DNA of 64,000 bases from Sphyrna mokarran (lineage: Eukaryota). The stretch is from assembly GCA_024679065.1 (NCBI GenBank), contig JAGIQG010000014.1, positions 75,950,001-76,014,000 of the forward strand. The letters run 5' to 3'. Under the pieces are notes generated by a model that made no database searches, had not been told where the DNA came from, and saw nothing but the letters and a program-made list of their open reading frames with translations. Position numbers and translations under genes: made by a program. Below are positions 1-10,727 of this stretch, piece by piece. How positions within the stretch are numbered: position 1 is the stretch's first letter; each line of letters opens with the position of its first letter.

Positions 1-667
1 CAGTCAGTCTTTCACACACCATCACATTCAAAATACGGTGTGAGACAGGTAGCTGTAATATGTAGCTCTTGAAAGCAAAAATAATAACCAACATTTTAGC
101 CAATTATTCTGATCAGAATTGAAGCTCACGTGAAAGGGCAAAAAGAGCAATATGCCCATGTATGTGCCAATCTTCCTTCCTGGGGTTGCATGTTAATCTA
201 TATATCTCAATCCATGGAGTAACCTGGGCACAAATCGAATTAAAATAGACAATCAATGCAGATTGTAGGTTTGAGTTAATCGTGATTCGGTATCGTAATA
301 AAATGCTAAATGCAATGCGTTAGTATTAATCTAAATTCTTTAAATATAACAACTTGGGAGCTAAAGATAACTAATGTAGCATCCGTGTTTTGAAAGATTT
401 AAGACAATGTTTATGCTGACATAATAGTTTTTCAAATATTCCGATGAGGAAATACCTGAGACCCTGATCCTCTTCATTCTGTTCACTAGAAAATTATGTG
501 GGAGGAGTAAATAATCCACAAACTGTTCTCAAGATAATTGACGTATAACAGGTACCTCGTCGAGAATCTAGTATGCATCAGTGACGAGGCATGTGCCTAT
601 TAAAACAATGTTTTCTCAAGCTGTAACAAGAAATGATGGTTGGAGAGCATCATGTGAGGCCCGGCGA

Positions 668-803
668 AGTGCAATTGGTTATGGAAGTTTATGGATGAAA
701 GGGGAATGGTTTAGGTTAGAGGGTCATTGCTTTTTCTTAATTGGTCGGCGCAACATCGAAGGCCGAAGGGCCTGTTCTGCGCTGTAATGTTCTATGTTCT
801 ATG
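668..803 (+). mobile_element. CR1-type LINE 3' tail fragment (TTCTATG-tailed family)
   Basis: Ends GGCCGAAGGGCCTGTTCTGCGCTGTAATGTTCTATGTTCTATG. Closely similar reverse-complement copies lie at ~10514-10727 and ~32637-32920. Confidence 0.8.
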
Positions 804-2565
804 GTTGGCTGACAAGAATTAGCAAATGCCAGCGTTTCTGTCATGTCATCTTCCATTAGTATCGCCTGGGGAAAATATTCCTTATCCTTGATGAGATAAT
901 GGTGGGGGTCAGCTTCCTGTCAGCAAAGCTCAACATCTCTTCTTGTGGGTGGGTGGGGGGGGAGGTTGTCATCTCCTGCAGTTGAGATTGTGCCTTAACC
1001 CTCTCAAGGAAACCTGGCTAGCCAACCAGAAAAGGATGGAAGCCAGAGCCATTCTGAGGCATGTGTCAACTGCTATGTTGCACATATGTACATTTTGGGC
1101 TCATGAATTCCTCTCTGTAGGGTAATTTCCAAAATAAAGGATCTACTTTACTTATTTTATGAGTAAAGGATATATTTAGCTACTGCCATGGTTCTGAGTC
1201 TCCCCATGTGTGCCCATAGTCAGGTGAGGGCTGTTCATCTTCAGGCATTGCAAATATGTACGTTGAACAGCCACTGAGAAGAAGTGTTAATTCCATATTC
1301 CTTTTGTCAGCTGCATGCCCCCATGCAGCTCCATGCAATTTCTCCTTGGAAACTCGCAGGGCATCTGTGTCTCCTTACAGGAGCTGCCTGTGGTTTACCA
1401 GAATTTGATTAAATATGGAACAGCTTTCCCCATTGTGACAAGCGCCCTCTGAAACATGCTGCTCACAACTTTACGCTTCCATAAACGTGATATAAGCTAG
1501 TTGATGGAGATTAAGACATACTCGGCAAGCTGACAAGAGCTGTTTGTGTACTACACTGTGGAGGAGGGACTGGATTGTTGCTAGAGCAGCTGGCGCACTA
1601 TCCACCTTGGGAGAGTTGCCACTATGGACATTGAGATGCTCAGTGTAGCTCTCCCTTTTAACATTCTGATAAATGCTGCAGAGCCTCAAGCATCAACGTG
1701 AATCTTTTACAGGTATATTATTCAGGCAAAATTGCCTTTAAACCGTGACACCAAAATATTCCCCCAAAAGCTGGTGGCTTACAAACTGATTACTCTCTGG
1801 AAATCAACTCATGGATAGATCTAGGCAGCTCACAATCAAGGGATCATTCATGCCAAAACCAAACTTCTTTTCCTTGTATTGTCACAGCTGGAAATTCCTG
1901 GAATGTGATCATGGCATGCCCTCTTGCAGGCCAAAAGCCTTTGGTGAACACTGAGTGCCATCGGAACGGGGTGATTAATCAAAACCCAACACAAAAGACC
2001 AAGACAAATTTGCTTAATTTGATAGCTCATCATAGTATTTCAAAAGCAATTCGGGATGGGGACAAATTCTAGCATTCCTAGCATCGCCTACTCCCACGTC
2101 ATGGTATTTGATTTTCAAAAGTTTTATTACATTTTATTTAATGTATACTTAATGAACCCTTCAGAAGTGCTGCTACAAAAGTTCATAGTCAATGATGTAA
2201 TCATTCCAAAATGAGCAAGTAAGAGAGAAATACCGTGGTTCTTGATAATGCAAATGAGAGCAGGAACAGTGAGTACTGCACAAAAAAAAATTCTTGAAGT
2301 GAAGCATTGTACAAACGAAGGCGAAATTATTTGAAAGGCAATGGCCCACAACTTCCTCAGAATGGTATTCCCCTGTGGATTGCCAATCGTGATGGTTTTA
2401 TTCGCATTGAAATTCTAAAACTCCTGTCATTTCCAACGTTCTCACTCAGGTTCACTGAGATAGGAGCAGCGAAATGCGTCTCTGGCTGCGTTAATGGGGA
2501 GTAACTGGGGTGGGGTCAAGAATGGAATGGATTGGGTCGAGTTGGGTTGGGCTTGTCTTCAGGGA

Positions 2566-2685
2566 AGTTGGTTGTATAATGATATTATCACTGGACTAGT
2601 AATCATGATACCCAATGTTTCGGGACCCAGGTTCGAATGTGAACGTGACAGATGGTGAAATTTGAATTCAATTCAAAAAACCTAG
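2566..2685 (+). mobile_element. tRNA-headed SINE 5' fragment (SacSINE1/DeuSINE-like)
   Basis: ATCACTGGACTAGTAATC...GGGACCCAGGTTCGAAT...CAGATGGTGAAATTTGAATTCAAT with a B-box-like GGTTCGAAT; family assigned from memory of shark SINE consensus. Confidence 0.65.
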
Positions 2686-3189
2686 GCTGGCGTGGAAGGG
2701 ATTTTATTGGACTGAAAGAGCAGGTGGGGCCAGGCACGGAGTGGTGGGAGAAACAGAACACATCGGCAGGATGGAGGTGGGGAATCGAGTCGGGTGTGGG
2801 GGGGAATCACATGGGGGACAATTGGGGTCGTGTTTGTGCCTGACTGAGTCTGCATTTTTTGGATTATTATTCTCGAATTAGAGGTGCTTTCTTTCCTCTT
2901 CTCACTCTTCCAGACGAACTAACAAGGTGATTTAAACCTCTTCTGTTGGATGGTTCTAAGTCCTTTGAAGTATCAAGGAGAAGTTAGCACTTGTGGATAA
3001 TTGTTGGGTAAAACTTTATGTGGGAAAGACCTAGAGGGATTTCGGAGCACATCCCTGGGTTACTCCCAAAACGTGACGCTGAATAAACATACGTTTTGGG
3101 CCACTGATCTAGGCTTGGGCCTCTGGACACGATGTCAAACTTTGTAAATGGAGTAAAACTTGTGTTGTAAACTGAGAAGGGGGCAATGG

Positions 3190-4245
3190 TACACATTAAG
3201 AGCACATAACGACAGGCTCATGGAATGGGCAGACACGATGGACGTTATTGAAAGCAGAGAAGTGGGAGGTGATACATTTTAGTAGGAAGAATGGTGAATT
3301 GCACTGCAAATTAATGGATACACTTCTAAAGAAGGTACTAGCGCAAAGTATCCTGGAGGTTTATATGTGTACAGATCGTTGAAGGTGGCAGGAAATGTTG
3401 AGAAAGTGAGTTAAAAAGTACATGGGTTTTGAAATAAAGCGGGAAAGTTCAAAAGTAAGGCATATTGCGATAAAATAAACAGGCTATCAAAATAATTCAG
3501 CATCACTCATCAAGATAGATGCATGAATGCCAAATTTGAAAGAGAACAATTTTGTTGCATGATTAATCGGTGTTAATTAGTTGGCAAGTTGATTTAGCCG
3601 AAGGGTTATTATGGAGGATGCAACAAGGAAAATGGATCCCATAAGCCTCGAAATATATCGCCATTCCTTTGCATTTCTTGAATCTAAATTCTGGAATGTA
3701 CTACCTAATGGAACTATGGGTTAACCCACAGCACGTGGACTGCAGCGTTTTAGGGAGGCAGTTCACCGTCACCTCTTTAGGGCAATTGGAATCGGCAATA
3801 AAAGCTAGCCAGCCAGCGATGCCCAAGTCCCACAAATGGCGTATCTCATTTTCAGTAACACTGAAGCATTGTTAAATCACAAACCCAAGTGGTGAACATT
3901 TATAAAATGCTAGCTGAACCTCAGCTAAAATAACTGTGTCCAATTCTGAACAGCACACTTCATGAAGGATGCAAAAGAATTGGGGCAAAAGAAGAATAAA
4001 ATATGAGAACGTTTCCAGAGATCAAAAACTTCTCTTATGTAGGTATCGTGGCAAAACTTGTACTGTTTTCAATGGAGAAGATTGAGAAGAGATTTGATGG
4101 AAGCAGACACCACAGAAGCAAATGTCTTTCTGTGCAGTCAACTGGTTGGATCTACAAGGTGCTTCCAAAGATTGTGAGGAAGGCAGATTCAATCATATCT
4201 TTCAGAGTGAATTGGATAATTATCTGAAGATAAAAATGTTGCGGC
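3190..4245 (+). mobile_element. Decayed CR1 fragments with an interposed LINE 3' end (~3690-3840)
   Basis: Degenerate WQM/KCEVIHF/DLGV and PQLEYCVQF-like segments. The 3690-3840 piece carries the GGGCAATTGGAATCGGCAATAAA-type tail also seen at ~42640 and ~50660. Confidence 0.6.
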
Positions 4246-4251
4246 CTGACA

Positions 4252-5380
4252 TAAAACTGATAAATGTGTGGTGATGCATTTCGGGAGAAAGAATGTAGGG
4301 GGGAGGTATATGATAAAGGGTCGACCTATTAACAGTATAGAAACGCAGAGGGACCTGGGGGTGAAGGTGGAAGAGCAAGTGGAGAAGGTTGTGAAGAAAG
4401 CATATAGAAAGCCTTTATAGGAAGGGGTATGAGTACAAGAGCTGGCCTTTAATGTTGCAGTTGTATAAAACGCTGGTTAGACCTCATTTGGAATACTGCG
4501 TCCAGTTCTGGTCGCCTTACTACCGGAAGGACGTGGAGACTCTGGAGAGAGTGCAGAGGAGGTTTACCAGGATGCTGCCTGGTATGGAAGGTCTGAGTTA
4601 CGAGGAGAGATTAGGCAAATTGGGACTGTTTTCCTTAGAAAGACGTAGACTTAGAGGAGATCTGATAGAGGTGTAAGAGATTTTGAAGGGGATTGATAGA
4701 GTAAACAGGGTTAAGCTTTTTCCGAGGATGGACTCAAATAGCATGAGGGGTCACGGGCTTAGGGTGAGGGGGTAAGGTATAATTTGGATGCTTGAGGGAG
4801 TTTTTTCACACAGAGGATGGTGGGGCTATGGAATGCGCTGCCAAGTCAAGTGGTGGAGGCAGGTACTCTGGAGTTATTTAAGAAATACTTAGATGGGCAC
4901 ATGACCAGAATGGGAATGGAGGGATATAGAAAACTGATTTAAAATAGGGATCATGAGCCTTGGGAGTCCTTGGGAAGTATGTAAATAGATGATGATATTG
5001 ATGTATTTGTTTATATCCTACAGGTGCTTTCGTCCACCTTGTTGTCTAACGAGGGGCATACACGCGATGGGTCGTGAGAGGACTGCTCTTGGGTCTTTTT
5101 CGAGACTATTTTGGGGCCTGTGTCTATGGGAGTTTGCGCATTCTCCCCGTGCTTGCGTGGGTTTTCTCCGGGAGCTCCGGTTTCATCCCACATCCAAAGA
5201 TGTGCTCTTAGGCTAATTGGCAAAACAAATTCTCCCTAAATTGTCTCAAATTTGGTTTTTAATCCATAGATCTATAAACATGGACAGGGATTGTTGGTAG
5301 AGATGGGAACATCGGGGTGACGGCGCGGGGTCGTTGGGCCGAAGGGCCTGTTTCCCGTGCTGTTTTGTTCTTTGTTCTTT
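4252..5380 (+). mobile_element. Young 5'-truncated CR1 LINE (copy A) with a V-SINE-derived 3' UTR
   Basis: ORF 4452..4676 is the CR1 ORF2 C-terminus ([19 protein letters not shown]...[11 protein letters not shown]); (TTCTTTG)n tail at ~5365-5380. It is inserted into an older CR1 tail that resumes at 5381. Confidence 0.9.
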
Positions 5381-6214
5381 GCAAGGAAGTCGGACAAGAT
5401 GATTAGTTCTTGCAAAGAGGCGATATGCACACAACGGATGGAATGGCCTCCTTGTGCATTTTAACCACGTTTTCATCCCAATTATATCTGCAAACATACC
5501 AATAAAAATATGTACTTTGTTTGGATTTTAAATGGACGTTTGATGATAGGCCAGAAGTGATGGGCTATGGGGTTTCCAGCTCATCAGATAAATTGAATGT
5601 AAATTGACTTTGTACCAGACTTCGTATTAGGTTACTAACACCAAGCGTATTTTCCAAGCATCGTTTTTGGCTTTCTACAGTTCACAGTTATTGTAATTCA
5701 GATAGATTATTTGTGTTAATACATTTTTCAGTGACAAAGAACTATGTATTAGTTAGGGGTGAAAAAAGCAAAATTCTTTTAGAGTGACATATGCTCATTT
5801 CAAACAATGCGTTGAGGCATAAAATGTTCTCGTGGGTTAAACATATGTATAGTGAATTACTTTTTGTGAGATTACGGACTACAAGAAAATGCCCCAGCTG
5901 CCATGGCTGAGAAAACAACTAAAAATAACTATGGAATAGAGCATGTTGTGCCCTGAAATATTTCAATCATTTTGAAAGTGTTAGTAATGGGGCAAAGGCC
6001 AAGGGACTGGAAGGCAGTGATTTTAAATTCTTGGTCATTGATAGTGACAGTGGAATTGAATGTTTGGACATAATGAGTTCTGCAGATTTTTTTTTCCATC
6101 TTATGTCTTTATTTTCAGCACATTCGCCACATGTGATCTTACATTATTCATTCATTCGGTACAAAACGTCTATGCATACCAAACAATAGTGAAAAAAGCT
6201 TAATAAAATTTTAA

Positions 6215-6430
6215 TTGTGCAACAAAAATTGTAGGTCTGCAACGCAACTTTTAGTCCTTGCTTTAAGAAACGAATAACATTGCAATTGGTTGAATTTCTT
6301 TGTGGCTCTGTTCACCAATCAGAAGCGGAGATGTGATTGGGGATCCGGACGGCCCCTTTACTACCCAGCCACCATCACGCACGATCAGACGCAGTGTAAA
6401 ATTGGAGAGCGAGCAGCTCGGTCGCATTTG
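6215..6430 (+). promoter_or_regulatory. Variable-exon promoter 1 (conserved block)
   Basis: Ordered motifs TTGTGCAAC, GCTTTAAGAA, ATTGG (6285), CCAAT (6315), ATTGG-GGATCCGGAC, CCACCATCACG, ATTGG (6401), AGCGAGCAGCTCGG. The block recurs upstream of all seven ATGs. Confidence 0.85.
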
Positions 6431-6597
6431 GGAGAAATGAACAAGTCTGACTGAAAAAAGAATCAAGCGATTCTCAAAGTGACAAGGTACTTAGTACATC
6501 TAGCACATTGGTTTTATTTTTCAAACGATGCAAACATTTAAAAGGATCATGATTGGTGCGTGCGAGCACTAAAACAGTTGGAATGTGTTGACTAGAA

Positions 6598-9060
6598 ATG
6601 AGATATCAAATATATTGCTTCCTAAAATGCCAGCTATTGTACTGTATGTTCCCGTGGAGTTTTGCTTTTGGGCAAATTCATTATTCGATTCCCGAAGAGC
6701 TGCAACTCGGCGCCTTTATCGGAAATATCGCAGCCGATTTGGGTTTACATATAAAGGAGCTCTCGGGCCGCAGTGTACGGATTGCTCCCGGGTCTGGGGA
6801 GCTGTATGTGGATATCAATTTAAACAATGGACTTCTGTTTGTGAAGGAAAAGATTGACAGAGAAAATCTCTGCGGGCCGAGCCTCACGTGTGTGTTGTCC
6901 TTGGATGTTATATTTGAAAACCCCCTAAGTCTGCACCGGATTGAAGTGGAGATTCTCGATGTTAATGACAATGCTCCCAGTTTTCCAAAGAACCAGATCC
7001 GCCTCGAAATTTCAGAGACTGCATTGCCCGGAGCGCGTTTTCCTCTCGATCCTGCGCACGATCCGGATATTGGCAACAACTCCCTGCAAATGTACCAGCT
7101 CCTTCCGAACGATTATTTTATTGTCGACGTACAAATGCATAGCGAGGAAAGAAAATTACCGGTGCTGGTGTTGCAGAGGCCATTGGATAGAGAAACGATA
7201 TCAACCCACAGATTAACTCTAATGGCCAAGGACGGCGGGACCCCTGTAAGGTCAGGCACTGCTCAGGTTCAAATCATTGTGAAAGATGCAAACGACAACT
7301 CACCTGCTTTCTCCCAGCCGGTGTATCGAGTCAGCCTCTTGGAAACTGCACAAATAGGAACTCTAATAATCAGGTTAAATGCTACTGATTTGGACTATGG
7401 TTTAAATGGAGAGATAATGTACTCGCTTAATAGCCATAGTTCAGCGGGAGTTCGTGAACTCGTTGATGTAGATTCCAAAACTGGCGAAATCAGATTGAAA
7501 GGGAAACTGGACTATGAAGAAAAAAAGGCTTTTGAGATTAACATTCAAGCAATTGACAAAGGCCCTCACCCAGTGCCCGAGCACTGTGTTCTATTAGTGA
7601 ATATAATTGATGTGAATGATAATGCACCTGAGGTTACGTTGAGGACCTTGTCCAGCACAGTTTCAGAAGATGCTCCAATTGGAACTGTAGTCGCTCTATT
7701 CAGTGCTGCAGATAAAGACTCGGGGCCAAATGGGCAGGTACAATGTCAAATTTCAAATAAATTGCCCTTTAAACTCGATTCATCTTCGAAGAGCCATTAT
7801 AGCTTGTTCATTCAGCACCAGCTCGATCGCGAAGATACTCCAAAATATGATGTTACTGTAATCTGCACTGATTCAGGAAGTCCTCCTCTGATATCCAAGA
7901 CCAATATTCGGATATATGTTTCAGATGTAAATGACAACCCGCCAAGATTCACTAGACACTTATACACAGCAAATGTGGTGGAGAATAATGCTGTTGGTAC
8001 CTCCATATTCTCCATGACAGCCTATGATCAGGATATAGATGAGAACGCTAAACTAAACTACTCTATCCTGGAAACTCATGTTGAGAATGCATCAGTGTCC
8101 AGTTATGTCTCAATAGACTCGGAGACTGGGGCCATAATCGCTCAAAGATCTTTTGACTATGAGATCTTGAAAAGCTTTCAGTTCCAAGTTCAGGCTAGGG
8201 ACTCTGGAATCCCATCACTCGCTAGTAATGTCTCAGTGAGTGTTATTATCCTTGATCAGAATGACAATGCTCCAGTAATCGTGCACCCATTAGCCGAGTA
8301 TGGCTCAACGGTAACAGAGACAGTATCCAGGTTTGCACAGCCAGGCTATTTGGTTGCTAAGGTATCAGCCAGTGATGCTGACGCTGGGCAAAACGCTCAC
8401 CTTTCTTATTCCATTTTCCAGGCAACCCAGCATAACCTTTTTACTATTTCACCAAACACTGGAGAACTTTGGATTATCCGTCGTCTTGAGAATAAAGATG
8501 CCTCTATGCAAAGGTTGGTGATTGTGGTAAAAGACAATGGAACACCATCACTTTCTGCCACAGTGACAATCATTTTAACTGTGGTAGGTGGCGACACTAA
8601 ATCGTTCTCTAGCGTCAGTGGATCATCTGTAGATCCACGGTTCACTCCTGATCTGAGCCTTTCCTTGGTAATATCCTTGGGGATAATTTCTACCGTTTTT
8701 CTCGTTATTTTGATCATTCTTGCCACTAAGATTCATAAAAGCAGAAATGCTTTTGGAGGTCAGCGCTGTTCATTGGGTGTTTGTTGTTGCTTTGAAGCAA
8801 GACATTCTCTGAATGGAATTCAAAAGGCCAGTCGAAATCTTCAGATACCACCCAACTACGTTGAGGTATTCGGGGGTGATCCACTTTCTCAGAGTTTCCG
8901 CTACGAATCATGTTCAACATTGCAGTCAACAAAGAGAGACTTCATAGCTGCTAACACCGTCAGGTCATCTAAGGAGAACTATCTCCAGAATGAGTCTATG
9001 AGGAAAGAATACCAGGGAATGATTACTTCTAAAAATCACAACGATACTTTAAACACCGAG
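6598..9060 (+). CDS. Clustered protocadherin variable exon 1 (821 codons to the splice donor; the most divergent of the seven)
   Basis: ORF 6598..9069 encodes a signal peptide, then QIHYSIPEE, six cadherin repeats with DxNDN/DxD/LDRE-type Ca-binding motifs, EC1 C-X5-C (CGPSLTC), a TM helix (LSLVISLGIISTVFLVILIILA) and a cytoplasmic IPPNYVEVFGGDPLSQSFRYESC block. It ends at a GAG|GTGAGT donor at 9060/9061, phase 0. Confidence 0.95.
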
Positions 9061-10513
9061 GTGAGTTGATTTTAAAAATAGGGCCTAATTTTTACAGATA
9101 TGTATTGGTTGCACCAGTTTATTTGGGAAAATACTATAGATTAAAACGAAAATGTTGCACGTAATAACTCAGGCCAATCATTTCGGTTTTCTGCACGATT
9201 TCCATTTCTTGTCACCAGCCTTGTGTTATTTATCAATAGTAAGATGTATACACATTCGTTTGTGAACATGTGTAACTTTTTACATTAAACTCAAGTTTAA
9301 ACTGCGTTCTGAAATCCATGTCGGCTGTTGGTACTTTCTAAACCTGCACAAACCAGTTTGTGGCAATTGTTAACTTTGCCCCAAACAATCGAAACGTTTA
9401 CATTTACGTCTTGTGAGGAACGAAACAGCACAAGTACTGAATGTTTTCCGTTCTAGCAGAACACAAGTTCCACATCAGTTCTGCCTAGTTATCTTTTCTT
9501 GTCATTGTGATCTCAGGACAATAGTTCTAATGGTCCTCTGCATTCCTCAGTGTCAGATCATTCTAAGTTGATTGGGCAATCTTGGGCTTCGCTGACGTTG
9601 CAAAAAAACTGACTTTAAGATAATTGAATATTTAAAAGATGTTCATTTTGAATACTTTTAGTGTCATATGAGATTCCGTATCATATCTTGCGAACTGATG
9701 TATCGATATCAGTCAACAAATTGGTATTCATGTGCGTAAACACGGGGGGAGGTGGAGCTGGGTGGTAGAAATCAGGCTATTTGGAAAAGGCTGCACGTGG
9801 AATCGCTATCCAAATCCAGTCACTGTCTTGGGTTCCATTGTGCTCTAAAGATGCGGCAGGAATCTGCATCTGCAATATCTGACACGTAATAGCTAAAGGA
9901 GAAATGAACATTTCATCAAGTTCTTCTGGGTGGAATTGAACCCCGTACGTTAGGGCAAAAGGACAACGCGCTCAATAAATTTACCAACCTTCTCTTCTGG
10001 CTTAGAGGTTTGTGGCCAAATTAGCATAACTAGGTTAAAATTATTAACTAAAACAGCAGTTTTCTGATTTGGCAAAATCATCACAACACAAGCATAATGA
10101 AATATTCATTGAGACCAAATTCTGATCTACAATCCTCTACAAACACGGCAGCGAGGCATCTAAAGACTGCTCATTGGTTTCAGTACTCAAAAATAAGCAA
10201 ATCATTGTACTACAGAAAACGTAGCAGCCCACTCACCATCCAAGTTGAGAAATCATTCTTGAATTATTCACAAGATGTGCAAAAGGTTGCACAAGTGTCC
10301 TAAAAAGATGTTAGAAATGAAAAGTTTCGCCTTCAAAACAGTTGAATTCCAAGATCAGGTAAATTAACAGGTAGAGCTTACTTCCATTTGCAGTGGACAT
10401 TTGACGACAATCCAGAAGTGAAAATAGTTATGGGTTTGTTTGCTAATAGAACTGACGCCAAGTTATCTAGGTGAAATGAAAATTGGATAATGTAAAATGT
10501 AGAGGTCAATAGT

Positions 10514-10727
10514 TAGAACATAGAACATAGAACATTATAGCGCAGAACAGGCCCTTTGGCCTTCGATTTTGCACCGACCAATTAAGAAAAATGACCCTCT
10601 AACCTAAACCATTCCCTTTTCGTCAATAAACTTATCTACTAACCTCTTAAACGCCACCAAACTTGGCGCATCTACAACTGCAGCAGGCAGGGCATTCCAT
10701 ACCCTTACCACCCTCTGGGTAAAGAAG
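10514..10727 (-). mobile_element. CR1 3' tail fragment
   Basis: Starts (AGAACAT)n; reverse complement of the 668-803 family. Confidence 0.8.

Noticed and set aside
2566-2645. Possible tRNA gene (B-box GGTTCGAAT)
   Set aside because: No cloverleaf; it continues directly into SINE body sequence.
6681-7079. Recurrent minus-strand ORFs over each exon (e.g. ...KAPSCSSSGIE at 6681, 20232, 29813, 55259, 60967)
   Set aside because: These are antisense shadows of the conserved protocadherin codons; their similarity is fully explained by the sense-strand paralogy.
7220-7245. GCCAAGGA(C/T)GGCGG in EC2 as an equivalent of the mammalian exonic CTCF site
   Set aside because: Only the 3' half fits the CTCF consensus, and the sequence is constrained by the AKDGG codons; it cannot be supported without a PWM scan or ChIP.
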